From: Craspedostauros australis
Lineage: Eukaryota
Length of the DNA stretch: 32,645 bases
Direction: 5' to 3'
Assembly: GCA_030167865.1 (NCBI GenBank)
Contig: JALAGF010002515.1
Span: forward strand, 1 to 32,645
Under the pieces are notes generated by a model. The model saw only the letters and a list, made by a program, of their open reading frames with translations. It did not search any database and was not told where the DNA came from. Shown in pieces: positions 9,215-20,600 of this stretch (its first letter is position 1; each line of letters starts with the position of its first letter). The position numbers were made by a program, and so were the translations under genes.

Positions 9215-10771
9215 ATGGAGATGAGATCGAGACACATTAGCCATGGAATGATTGTGTCGATGTTCCTGTCGGCCGTTGCGTTGCAGGCAGGCATCATCTT
9301 CATCCACTTCTGGCTCCGCCACGAAGTGTATCGTCACAACGTGACAGCTGCATCTGAACATGATTCTGCCGCGAGCACAGCAGCGCCAACCATACCACAG
9401 ATCGACGAACAGCTGTCTCTGAATCAGCATGCTGATGGCGAGCGAACTGATGCGTCAAACACCAACAAAGCGACGACAATCGGCGCATCCAATTCGGAGA
9501 GCTACTCGGACGCCAACCAATCAGCTGCCCATGCTATTGATGATGAAATCGACGTTTTGCAACAGCGAATGCATGACATATTAGGCAGGCCCGCCAACCA
9601 TGGCGATGACGGCGACGCCAATGACTACGAGAGGAAGGAGCTGCGATCAATCTTCAGCAATCCGTCTCCCACGCTCAACGACAGTGACACGCTGTTGTCC
9701 GTCTACGAGGATCTCATGGAATATTATGGATCAAAGCCCATCATTCATGGGAAAGAGCAACATTGCGCAGCGTTCCAACAAAACGTGCCACTGCTGTTTC
9801 GAAGAATTGCTGTGGCTGGGATGTTCAACTCCGGCACGAATCTGGTCTACAACCTCTTGGCGGATAACTGCAAATTCTCTGACGTGCCCACGTCGAAATC
9901 ACATCTCAACAGCATGACGACCAATACCACCAACAGCACGTGGATACCGATCGAATGGATGGTGCCATGGGGCAAGCACGTCCTGGCGAATCGTTGGCAA
10001 ACCCGCAAGACGGTGGATTCGGGTCGCTTGAATCCAAAGTTCACGTTGGCGGTGGTCACGATACGAGATCCGTACGAATGGATGGCATCCATGTGCCAGC
10101 ACCCTTATGTCGTCAAGTGGCAGCACGAGCTCAGCCTCACGCGGCAACAGCGCAGCAAGCGCAATCGAATGCGAAAGCAGCAGGCGCATCTATTCCGCGC
10201 GGATGCGGACTCTCAAGATACAAGCATTCCGCGTGAAGATTTGGTGCTGCCACCCTGCCCAATGTTGACCTACAATCCGATGAACGGTAGCAAAGTCCCT
10301 GTGCACATCTTCGAAGATGGCGATGGAGAGGATCAGGTGCTCGATCCCAACCTGCCTCTGCCGACACCCACCGCCACCTTCGATTCCATCCTGGAGTACT
10401 GGAATGAATGGTACTCGCAGTACTGGAACCTCTTCATCCATGGCGACCCGCCCGCCCTCATGGTTCGATTGGAGGACCTCGTGTTGCATCCTCAGGAGAC
10501 CATCCATGAGATCTGCACCTGCGCAGGTGGCGAATATACCGCACCTGCCGACGCACAATTCCAGTTTCCAATTGAGAGCGTGAAACCTGCCAAGGGTCAT
10601 GGTTCGCAGCGCACGGGTGCGTGGAAGGCGTGGCAGAACTTGATCCGGCGGATGTATCAGCCCCAGAACGGTCTGGCCGATGTGGATTCCAAGGTTGCGA
10701 AGCGAACGATCGACGACATGCTGATGGATGCATTTCAATATCATCATCCGAGACGTACGAAGCAACACTAA
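9215..10771 (+). CDS. Type II membrane sulfotransferase-like protein
   Basis: N-terminal TM helix (MIVSMFLSAVALQAGIIFIHFWL), stem region, 5'-PSB-like VAGMFNSGTNL, WMVPWGKH, 3'-PB-like IRDPYEWMASM, and VRLEDLV. The start could be 9146, 9215 or 9248. Confidence 0.75.
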   Translation: MEMRSRHISHGMIVSMFLSAVALQAGIIFIHFWLRHEVYRHNVTAASEHDSAASTAAPTIPQIDEQLSLNQHADGERTDASNTNKATTIGASNSESYSDANQSAAHAIDDEIDVLQQRMHDILGRPANHGDDGDANDYERKELRSIFSNPSPTLNDSDTLLSVYEDLMEYYGSKPIIHGKEQHCAAFQQNVPLLFRRIAVAGMFNSGTNLVYNLLADNCKFSDVPTSKSHLNSMTTNTTNSTWIPIEWMVPWGKHVLANRWQTRKTVDSGRLNPKFTLAVVTIRDPYEWMASMCQHPYVVKWQHELSLTRQQRSKRNRMRKQQAHLFRADADSQDTSIPREDLVLPPCPMLTYNPMNGSKVPVHIFEDGDGEDQVLDPNLPLPTPTATFDSILEYWNEWYSQYWNLFIHGDPPALMVRLEDLVLHPQETIHEICTCAGGEYTAPADAQFQFPIESVKPAKGHGSQRTGAWKAWQNLIRRMYQPQNGLADVDSKVAKRTIDDMLMDAFQYHHPRRTKQH

Positions 10772-10915
10772 TGTAGTTGTACTATACGTACGAGTATGAT
10801 AACACTCACTGTGCTTTCAACTCTCTCATATAATACTATTTTCAATACTTGCAACATCGAGTCAAGTCGAGTACTCGTCTTCTTTCATACCATAACTCGC
10901 AGATTGTTCTCCGCT

Positions 10916-13066
10916 TCAAGCTTCCTCGACGACTTCGTCTCCCGCGTTCGGAATGCTGTGCCCCGTGACGATGGCCTTGAAATCTTGCAGGATCGTGAGA
11001 TGATCGACCATGCCGCCGCCTTGATGCGGATTGCCCGACAGGAAGGATTCGCCGACGCGGAGGACGGGCGCATCGCCGATACGGGCTTTGGAACGCGCCT
11101 TGCGTGGCAGCACCGCGTTCTCATAGATGTAGGGCGTGTAGGTGTGGACGCTCACGAGTGGGCGGCTGGGCACGCACCACGCCGCGAATAAGCGGAGCGT
11201 GTGGATGAGGTTGTTGGTCTGGAAGAGGCGCTGGTAGACCATGTCGGCGGGCTCGATATCGTACAACGCAAGCGCTGCTGGCTTGTCGTCGCCCGGCGTG
11301 GTGAGGATGTACCGGAAGGCATCGAACTGATCCTGCGTCAACTGCAGCGACGCCGAGACGACGGGGTAGGCCGGTCTGTGGCGGGCCAGGAGCTTGGCGA
11401 TGTCGTGGCGGTAGGAGGAGGTGGAGATGTCGAGCCAGGACAGGCGGCACAGATCGTCGCAATTCAAGTTCTCGTCGATGGCGCAGGTCTGCTGCAGACA
11501 CAGGGGGTGGTTGGAGATCATGAGGTCATGGCCGTACATCTTCCAGCTCTTGATGAAATGCTCATTGACGGCAGGTGGGAAGATGTCATGAATGTTGAGG
11601 TAGCGCACGTGGAAAGGCTGGTTCGTGTCGGCGGAGACAGGGTACAGCATGGCTCCCTGACGCGATGTGCGGTTGGCGATGTGAATGACGTGGCCATTCT
11701 GTTTGAGGAAGTCGTACTGATCCTTGTTGATGGATCCCCAAGCACATGAGTTGGAGTTCGCGGCGGCATCGCTTGGTTGAGCGCAGGTCTCATGTGGTTT
11801 CCAGGACGAGACGGTCACGCCGCGGCTGGAGTGGAGAGATTGGAGCTTGATCTGACCATCCTTCGTGGCGTCCGAAGGCGATGGACCTTCCCGAGTCAGG
11901 GGTTCCATGCTGTGGCCAGAGGCGTCGATGACAAGGAGGTTGGGATAGTTGGCAAGCATGTTCTTGTACTTCGCAAAGTCTTCGTAGAGGTACTTAACGC
12001 CGTTGTCCCTGTTGGAGATGACCAGCAACGCCTGAAGCACGAAGATCGGGACGCGGACATTGTGCTTGGGGGTGTCGTCCGCGGTGGACGACGCACTGCG
12101 GGACTTGTGATGCAACGTGGTGAGGAGGTTGTAGATCCTCTCATCCGTGGTTTGGAGGAGATCGAGCGGGATGTCGGTCAACCAGTCGTCGGTGTAGACC
12201 TTGCGGCCCGGAGCCTGCGTGGCGTTGTCGAACATGAGGATGCGCAGCGATTCGAAGGCGCGGTCCGCGCTTTGTGCCGTCTCGGCCTGGATCTGAAGCT
12301 CCTGCAGGACGTTGGCGACGTAGAGACCGACGGGACCCGCACCGACGATGACGACGTTCAAGGTGGAGTCCGTGAAGTGCTCGCGGATGAGATCCTTCGC
12401 CGTGATGTTCTGCGCTAGGGAGGTCGCCTTAGTCTCAGGAGTTTCGTCGTTGGAATCCTCGTCCCCATTGGAATTGCTCTTGCAAACGTACCTGGAGTCG
12501 AACTGGGTGGTGCATCTGGGGCTCTTGATGAGGCTCAGAACACTGCCGAAGCAATCGTTGAGGAACTCCGTGCCTCGCATGGTGGCATTCTGGCTGCATC
12601 GCTCCGTGAGGACCTCGAAGTACCCATCGATGTAGTTCTCGTCATCTTCGACGAACGGCGGCAGTTGCGACGCATCCCCGGGCTTTGCGGACTCGTGCGT
12701 GTGGTCTCCCCAGATGTTCGTCTTGAGACCTTTGACCAGCGGGAACCACGGCTTGTTCTTGACAAGTCCTTCGCCGCCGCTCGTCTGCTTGCCAGACCCT
12801 GGCTTGGCAGCCTCAGGAATCCGCACATCCTTCTCCGCAACCACCAACCGATTCCAGGATTGCTGGTGCAGAGCAGATGTGCGCTGCGTTGCCTGTTGAT
12901 AGCTCTCGATGATGCGTTTCATGGTGGCAGCGATGGATGCAGGTGGTGCTGCACTGGTGCCACCACCGTCCTCCTGATGCCGCTGCTCCCTCGCGGCATT
13001 GGTGAGCGGCAGAGCAAGGAGCAGGCCTCCGATCGCCAGGATCCTGAGCAGTCGCAGGGCCGTCAT
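10916..13066 (-). CDS. Secreted/endomembrane FAD-binding (flavin monooxygenase-like) protein
   Basis: Signal peptide MTALRLLRILAIGGLLLALPLTNA from ATG 13066. Rossmann motif VVIVGAGPVGL, LVIDASG (DG-like), and C-terminal VLRVGESFLSGNPHQGGG (GD...P..G.G-like). Confidence 0.72.
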   Translation of the reverse strand: MTALRLLRILAIGGLLLALPLTNAAREQRHQEDGGGTSAAPPASIAATMKRIIESYQQATQRTSALHQQSWNRLVVAEKDVRIPEAAKPGSGKQTSGGEGLVKNKPWFPLVKGLKTNIWGDHTHESAKPGDASQLPPFVEDDENYIDGYFEVLTERCSQNATMRGTEFLNDCFGSVLSLIKSPRCTTQFDSRYVCKSNSNGDEDSNDETPETKATSLAQNITAKDLIREHFTDSTLNVVIVGAGPVGLYVANVLQELQIQAETAQSADRAFESLRILMFDNATQAPGRKVYTDDWLTDIPLDLLQTTDERIYNLLTTLHHKSRSASSTADDTPKHNVRVPIFVLQALLVISNRDNGVKYLYEDFAKYKNMLANYPNLLVIDASGHSMEPLTREGPSPSDATKDGQIKLQSLHSSRGVTVSSWKPHETCAQPSDAAANSNSCAWGSINKDQYDFLKQNGHVIHIANRTSRQGAMLYPVSADTNQPFHVRYLNIHDIFPPAVNEHFIKSWKMYGHDLMISNHPLCLQQTCAIDENLNCDDLCRLSWLDISTSSYRHDIAKLLARHRPAYPVVSASLQLTQDQFDAFRYILTTPGDDKPAALALYDIEPADMVYQRLFQTNNLIHTLRLFAAWCVPSRPLVSVHTYTPYIYENAVLPRKARSKARIGDAPVLRVGESFLSGNPHQGGGMVDHLTILQDFKAIVTGHSIPNAGDEVVEEA

Positions 13067-13920
13067 GGCTGTTGCTCTTGTCGTTGCTATTGGTGCTGCT
13101 CTTGGTCTGAGTGGCTTCGCTTGAGGTCTAAGTTGCTGTGCACGAGCAAACAAAAGGTTGAGGATGGATGTTCTGACACAGATGTATTGTGCAATATTAT
13201 ATTATATTATATAATACGATATGATACAATATTAGAATAGACAGTATTACACAAGCTATTATATGTAGCAATACAACAGCAAGATCCGAGTACTCGCTGT
13301 GTCGATGATGTGTTTCTTGCCAAGAAAGGAAGAGTGTTGGAAAGAGATTCTGCGCCAAGATGGAGACGCTTCCGTTGGATTTGCGCCATTGTCGATCGAT
13401 GCAGCGTCCCCGGAATTTGGTCGTGCGAAATGCGCCAAACCAGCATCGCGCTTCTCATCGCGTTTTGTTCGCCTCGTCACTCCACAAGAGAGAAGAACAC
13501 ATGCAATTGAGTAGAGTAGAGTAGTCGTGGAGTAGCCCTTCTTGTTACGTATTATCGTTACGCACACACGTGTTAGCAGCGTGGAGACTGTGGGATGAAC
13601 GTGGGCATGGAACCCTGAACAGACGGAGTGCTACTCTGTTCACGCCATGCTTGTCCGCAACTCTCACTTCTTTCGCTTTCCACACTTGCTCTTCGGTCTT
13701 CGCTACACTACAGAGCCACGCAATGACAAGAAGCGAAGGGCTGAGAATTAGAATAGCATTCTATTCCACATAGAATACGTATTGCCTGCAATTGCCTGTC
13801 ATTGACTGCCATGCCATTCATTAACATTTGGCGCCACGCACCCACTCTGCTCGTGCGAGTAGAGAATGCATGGCCCATGCACTACTACGAGCACGAGTGA
13901 GTACGAGTGAATGCGAATAC

Positions 13921-14805
13921 TCACAAGGCAAAGGCCAACTTGATGGCCCGCCGCATCTCATCCTTCTCGACGCGGCTGATCTCCTCCTCACGGAACCTCT
14001 GGCCATTCGCGTTGACGCCGGTCTCCGGATCGACATCGGGCATGGGCGTGAGCACCCCCAGCTGCAGGCACTGCTGACGCGACAGCTCGATCACGGTGCC
14101 CGTCTTGGGATCCACCAGCACGATCTCATCCACCTCGCCATGCGCGAATTGCCGGCACTTCATCATGACCTCGTAGAGACCGAGATCGTTCATGACCTCC
14201 ACGAACCGCTTCAGCTGCTGCTGGTACTCCTCGATGGCGTTGAGCTGCTGCTTGTCGGCGATCTGCATCAGCCCGCCGTTGTTCTTCATGTCCTGGATGG
14301 CGTCGTTGCATTGCACCATGCGCTCGTACTGCGAGAATCCATCCCTTACCAGCACGCATCCCAGATGGTACTTGTTGTACATCTTGCGCCGCTCGTCCGT
14401 GCCCGTGGAGGGGATGAGGTCGATGGTGTCCTGCGTGCTGCTCACGAGGCTCTTGTTCATCTCGTTGAGAGCGTTGCGGCCCTTGACGGTGGTGCGATCG
14501 GCGGACAGATCGCCCTTGTCCAGGAAGGTCTTGACCTTGCCCACGTGCTTCTCCAGCTGCGTCATGTCCGTGCCGAACTTGGTGTACGACGCCTCCGCGG
14601 GTCCCATGCCTTTCTGGGTCAGGAACATCTCGAAGCGCTTCAGGAAGGACGCCTTCCAGCGGTTGAACGAGCGGAAGTTGTTGATGCCGTCCAGCTTTTC
14701 GATCATGCCCTTCAGCTCGGCATCGTACGACAGCGGGTTGCCCGTCAGCGACTTCGACGGGGACGAAGCCATGGAACTTGAGGCGGCCGTTGGTGTTTCC
14801 GGCAT
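13921..14805 (-). CDS. Uncharacterised helical-domain protein, paralogue of 15467-16819
   Basis: 294-aa ORF with strong GC3 bias. It shares blocks with the neighbour: GDLSADRTTVKGRNALNEMNK, YHLGCVLVRDGF, ADKQQ, DLGLYEVMMKC. Confidence 0.88.
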   Translation of the reverse strand: MPETPTAASSSMASSPSKSLTGNPLSYDAELKGMIEKLDGINNFRSFNRWKASFLKRFEMFLTQKGMGPAEASYTKFGTDMTQLEKHVGKVKTFLDKGDLSADRTTVKGRNALNEMNKSLVSSTQDTIDLIPSTGTDERRKMYNKYHLGCVLVRDGFSQYERMVQCNDAIQDMKNNGGLMQIADKQQLNAIEEYQQQLKRFVEVMNDLGLYEVMMKCRQFAHGEVDEIVLVDPKTGTVIELSRQQCLQLGVLTPMPDVDPETGVNANGQRFREEEISRVEKDEMRRAIKLAFAL

Positions 14806-15466
14806 TGTCGGTCTATTCTACTCTGTTCTATTCGACAATGTGATATGATATGATATGTGACGGCGTGTATCTTATCATATATCGTGGAGCGTGTGGATGC
14901 TCTAGGTCGTACTGCGCTGCACTATGGTGCAGTCCAACACAATCAGAGATGCTTGAATGGATGCTTGAATGGTTGGATGCGAGTTGCTCGCATCATGGGA
15001 GGAATAACGCAACGTGGTCCACCACAGCGCCATCGTGGATCCTTTTGTCCATCGTGATGGTCTGGTCATTTCGGTTGGGCCTTTGGAAAAATCTCACGAC
15101 CAAAACAGCCCTCAAAACGGCCACCCCAGAAACGGTATCCAAGAAATATGCCTCTTTTGACACCAAAAACAGAAGAGATCCACATCCACCCAAGAGCTAG
15201 TCATTGAGAATCCAATGACCAGATCGCTGCTCGTGCGTTCGCCTCCGACAAGACGCCTGGAACGGACGACCGAATCCACAACATGTGCAGAATCGAGTGA
15301 ACACCAATGGCGCAAACAGCATCCGCCTCAGCTCTCCATCTTCCCATCATCAATTATTCTATCAAAGTCGTCCTGTAGGTCGTATCACCCACAACATAAT
15401 ATTATATTATATAACAGTGCATAACAGTGCATTGCAGTATATTATTCTATTGTACAATACACAACG

Positions 15467-16819
15467 ATGAACATGGACGAGCTGATGGCCGCCAAGGCGC
15501 AGGCAGTCGAAGAGGAGGACTTCCTCCGAGCGGCAGAACTCAAGAAGCAGATCGAGGAGCTGAAGGCTGAGAGTCAGCAGGACGATGAGGCGCAGAGGCG
15601 CATTCAGGAGCAGATCGAGGCTCTCACCTTGGAGAAGAAGGAGGCCGTGGCCAACGAGGATTACTTGCGTGCCGCGGAACTCAAGAAGGAGATCGAGGGT
15701 CTCCAGAATGGTGGAAGCAGCGCTGCTACCACAACTCCCGCAAAGACTGCCCCTCCCAGAACCCCTTCCAGCAGCCACAGCGCTGCCGCAAAGACGTTTG
15801 CTCCCTACACATCCAAGCCGATACCAACCTCAGCGTCGCCCATGTCCGTGTCATCGCCTGCCACGCCCTCCATGACAGCGGCCTCCACTCCGACGTCTAC
15901 GCCCAGCAGAGCCACGCCCATCAAGATGCCAATGAAGACCAACGACGGGCCTTCCTCTGCTTCCAAATCCAACTCCCGGACGCCGGAGAGGAGGGCACCA
16001 CCGCGCACGCAGTCATCAACGCTCAACCCAATCAAAGCCGATCCAAAACTCAAATCGTTAATTGAAGAACTCACGGACATCACGTCGGCAAGGGCGTTCA
16101 AGTGCTGGAAGTCATCCTTCCTCAACCGCTTCGAGGACTTCCTGCATGAGGACGGCAGCAAGCCGGCGCAGGATGCCTACACCAACTTCCGCGACTCCAT
16201 GCAGACCTTCGGCAAGCACGTCACCTTGGTGGAGCAGAATGTCAACAAGGGCGATCTCAGCGTCGACCGCACCACCGTCAAGGGCCGCAACTCCCTCAAC
16301 GAAATGAACAAGGTCCTCGTCAGCATCATCGAGGAGGAGCGCAACCTCATCCCCGCAAAGTCCAAGCAGGAACGCAACCTGGGATACACCAAATTCCATC
16401 TCGGCGCCGTCCTCGTGCGTGACGGATTCAAGGAGTACCAGCGCATGAACACGTGCTGCGAGATCCTCACGCACTTCAAGGACGTCTCCCTCGTCGGCGT
16501 CGCGGACAAGCAGCAGATAGGCGAGCTAGAAAACTACGCCAAATCCATGAAGCGGTTCCGCGACATCATGGCCGATCTCGGTCTCTACGAGGTCATGCTC
16601 AAGTGCTGGGAGTTCGGCATGGACAACGAGGAATTCATCTTCATCGATCTCAAGACCGGTGCCATCGGTGGTCTCTCCATCAAGGAGGCCATCGACAGGG
16701 GCCACGTCCACACCATCAAGAATGACAAGGGCAGCGATATTGGCTTCCGCGAGGCAATCACTGATGAGGATGACAAGAATGCGGTCATGGCCTTGGTCAG
16801 TGAGGTGCTCAAACTCTAA
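15467..16819 (+). CDS. Uncharacterised protein: 2 UVR (UvrB/C) motifs + S/T/P-rich linker + domain shared with 13921-14805
   Basis: UVR-like AKAQAVEEEDFLRAAELKKQIEEL and EKKEAVANEDYLRAAELKKEIEGL. The C-terminal domain has GDLSVDRTTVKGRNSLNEMNK, FHLGAVLVRDGF and DLGLYEVMLKC. Confidence 0.88.
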   Translation: MNMDELMAAKAQAVEEEDFLRAAELKKQIEELKAESQQDDEAQRRIQEQIEALTLEKKEAVANEDYLRAAELKKEIEGLQNGGSSAATTTPAKTAPPRTPSSSHSAAAKTFAPYTSKPIPTSASPMSVSSPATPSMTAASTPTSTPSRATPIKMPMKTNDGPSSASKSNSRTPERRAPPRTQSSTLNPIKADPKLKSLIEELTDITSARAFKCWKSSFLNRFEDFLHEDGSKPAQDAYTNFRDSMQTFGKHVTLVEQNVNKGDLSVDRTTVKGRNSLNEMNKVLVSIIEEERNLIPAKSKQERNLGYTKFHLGAVLVRDGFKEYQRMNTCCEILTHFKDVSLVGVADKQQIGELENYAKSMKRFRDIMADLGLYEVMLKCWEFGMDNEEFIFIDLKTGAIGGLSIKEAIDRGHVHTIKNDKGSDIGFREAITDEDDKNAVMALVSEVLKL

Positions 16820-17671
16820 GCATTCGGCATGTGACACCTGGAAAGTGGCACAAATAGAGAGAGAGAGAGAAGTATGCCAGATACGGCTCTACATGACCGA
16901 TGCAAGTCCTCGGATATGTCAACAGGTACACGTGCGAGTGCATCTCACGAGTACCATACGCATTGACAAAGTTGTGGGGCGGTGACTGCGTGTATGTGAG
17001 CATGCGTGTGTGAATGTGGAAGAACATGCTCCTTCTGCCACGAAGGCGGATTCAACGAGAATCATCCCGTACCAGTTCAACCAACAAACAAGCTAGGCAA
17101 AGGACACAAAAGATGAAACAAGGCTGACCAATGGAAGGTTCAATTCAATGCCAGAAGTTCCTCGTGCCATGCGATCAGTTCTCACGGAGTATACTGGAAT
17201 GGGATCATCCTGTCTTGGCAGAACTATCGCTGCGATTTTGCCTTTTTCTTTGCAAGGAATCGTTGGCAATTCGAGAGAGCAGACGATGCTTGTCTTGCGA
17301 CATGTATTCTCGTACGTAACACACACACTCACTTTGGAGAAAGATTCCAACAACACCGCAGCCCGCGCATAACATCGCACCACTGCGACGACATATCCAA
17401 AAAAGCATGGCATACCCCTGTAGTATTATACGAGTAGAGCACAATACTTGCATTCAGAAACGAAGAATCCATGGAATTATGTTGTGTTGTGTTTTGTCAA
17501 GTCATTTGTTCGTGTTGGCTTCCATTCGTGCTCCAAGATTGAGGCTGGACAAGAGACATCACGTCACATTTCGGTATTTGGGCACCGAGGACGTACTGGT
17601 AGAGTACCCTGCAGTGCAGTGCGGCACAGCACAGAGTGGAGCAAACCAATTGTGGTCTACATCCTCGTGCT

Positions 17672-20600
17672 CTACAAAATGCCGTACACCTTTTTCAGTT
17701 TCACCACCAAACGCCAGTCCTCGTTCTCGAGCGCATCCTTGAAGTTCTCCTTCAGCGCATCGATGGAGGCTCTTGTCAGGGTGGAGTATAGGCTGTGCGC
17801 GGCATCGAACTGACGTCCGTACGTGATGTTGGGGTTGCCCTCGTTCACGATCTTGATGGCCACGGAAGATCCCTTCTTGGCGGTATCCTGTTCGCGTCCG
17901 CTGTTCTCGATCGACGTCACCTTGCCGACATGCAGACCACCCAAGGCCGGGACGCACAGCGGCGTGCCAACCTTCAGAATTCCCTCCACGACCTCCACGC
18001 CGACGATGATCGGGTCCTTCTGGTTGAACACGTGCTGTGGGAGGATTTTGATGATGGAAGGGAACACAGCGACGGCCGCGGCCTCCTCACGGCGGCGTTG
18101 CGTCAGGTCATCCATGAACCTTGTGAACTGATCGAACAGGTGGTAAATGATATCGGCAGTCATGATGCGGACGCCCATGTCCGTCGCATGCTCGCGAGCC
18201 TCACGTTCGATATCGACGTCGAAAGCAAGGATGGTGGCGTACTCCGGATGTCCCTTCTCGTTCATGATGGAGATCTTGGTGACATCGCGCTTGTGGACGG
18301 TACCGATGCCGATGGCGCTCACTGGGATTGGCGGTTGTGTTTCCTCGCGCAGGAACTGCAGCAGCGCCTCTAGCGCACCCAGCGTGGAAGCCTGGACGAG
18401 CACACCCTGCTTGTCCGTGCTGAGCTTGTCCTCGAGCTTCGTGAGGTCGGACATGACCTCGGCCTTGATGTCCTCCTCCTCGTCATCCGGCCCGACGACC
18501 ATGACCGGCGTTCCCGCCATGACCTTCTCAAGTCCGTTACCGATGACCTTGACGCCCAGGGCTCCCTTGATCTCCTTGTGGTGGATGTACTCGGACTTGA
18601 CGCGCATCTCACGACTTGGTGGTGGGGTGAGCAGACCACGGATCTCAGCGACGATGGGACCATCGAGGGTGCAAAACACGGCCTTGTCACCTTCCCGCAA
18701 GTACCCGTTGACGACCAAGACATCCACGGTCATTCCTAGACCATCGATGGCCTTCACCTCGAGCACCGTGCACTGCAGGTTGGCGCACCACATGAGCTGC
18801 TTCCAGATCTTGCGCTGTGCTATCTGACAGAGGAGAAGCAGGATGTCCTGCACGCCCTCTCCCGTGACGGCGGAGGTGGGGACGAGGGGGATGAAGTCGG
18901 AGCTCATCCAGTCGTCATCGCCCATCTCCCAGTAGAGGTTTGAGTTGACGCCCTGCTCCTGCAGCTGGACCTTGGCATCGAGGGCGCGGCTGCGGAATTC
19001 TCCGACCGTTCCTTCCTCCTGCTGTTCGAGGGCCTCGCGGATGGGCGCGTCCTTGCAGGTCTTCCAGGCGTAGCATCTGTCGACCTTGTTGAGGGCCACG
19101 ACGAAGGGCACGCCCTTCTTGACGAGCATGTTGAGACTCTCGATGGTCTGCTGTTCGAGTCCGTGCATGAGATCCACCACGAGGATGGCGACGTCACAGA
19201 GCGAGGATCCGCGCGATCGCAGGTTGGTGAAAGACTCGTGGCCTGGCGTATCGATGACGAGCATACCCGGGAGGTTCATGTCGAACTTCTCAACCTCGTT
19301 GAGGCGCTTCGTCTGCGTCTCAAGCGTCTTCTTCTCGAAGTAGGTGGCACCGATCTGCTGCGTGATACCACCAGCCTCGCCCTCCTGCACGTTGGTCTTG
19401 CGGATCTTGTCCAGAAGCTTGGTCTTTCCGGTATCGACGTGACCCATGATGACGACGATGGGGCATCGCAGGTCGTCGCGGGTTCGCGCCTCGAGGTTCG
19501 CCTTTTCTTGCGCCTCGCGCTTCTTCTTGCCCTGTTCCCGCTTCTGGGCGGCCAGCAGCGTCTTCATGCTCTCCGCCTCCTGCTCCAGCGCCAGCTTGGC
19601 ACGGTTCTCGGAGTCGATGCGGTCTTGCTCGGCGCGCTTGCGGCCCAGCTCACGCAGTCGCTCCTGCTCCTTCTTCCTGGCCACTTCTGCCAGGTCCACG
19701 TCGTCATCAACCTTGGCGGCCTCAAGACGCTTGGCAAGATCGCCGAACTTGCCATCGTCATCATCATCGCTGTCGGCATCCCATTCATCATCTGAATCGG
19801 CATCCCATTCGTCGCCGCTTCCCTCATCGTCAGCAGCTGCTTCTGCTGGCTTTTCTTCTGCTTCTTTGGTCTCGACGGCGGCTGGTGCAGCTGCTTCCTC
19901 TTCCTTGTTTGGCTCCTCCGCTGACGCGGACGCCTCCTCCTGTTGTTGTTGTTGCTGATTCTGCTGGAACTTCCCTCTTCCCTTACCTCTGCCTTTACGC
20001 TTGTTGTCGTAGACGACCTTCTGCGGCTTGGCGGCGCCCTCCCCTTCCACGGGCAGCATGCCGGCCTTGCGCATGGCCTCGAGACGCTGCTCCGCCAACC
20101 TCGCCTTGGCCTTCTGCGCCTTGGTCATGTAGGTTCCCTCCCGCTTCTGCCGCTCGATCTTCTCCTTCTGCTTGAGGCGTTTCTTCTCGCGCTCCTCCTC
20201 CTTCTTGCGAGCCTCCTCGGCCTCCTTGCGTTCCAATTCTTCGACGCGCTTGCGCTCTGCCTCTTCGGCGGCGCGGATGCGTTCCTCCTCCTCGCGTTGC
20301 AGTCGCAGGCGTTCCTGGACCATGCGGCCGCGGGCGGAGACCTGTTGTAATGCAGTGCATTTTGTTGTATTGTAGTGCAAGTAGTGGTTGTGTAAGTGAA
20401 GTTGGAATTGGGTTCAAATGAGTTGGAATATTGAGTGTAATATAATATAATACCATTTGGCATGTAGTAATACGAGTGTGCAGATGAATGTGGTCAACAA
20501 GAAGGGGCTGTCAAGAGATGCGAGGATGGGTGCATGTCTCTGAATGTTGCACCCTCTTCGATTGCAGTTGGCATTGGTTTCATCACTGCCATTGGAGTCA

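Noticed and set aside
13828-14848. Plus-strand ORFs of 317 and 218 aa
   Set aside because: Antisense shadows. The minus-strand frame is validated by its paralogue.
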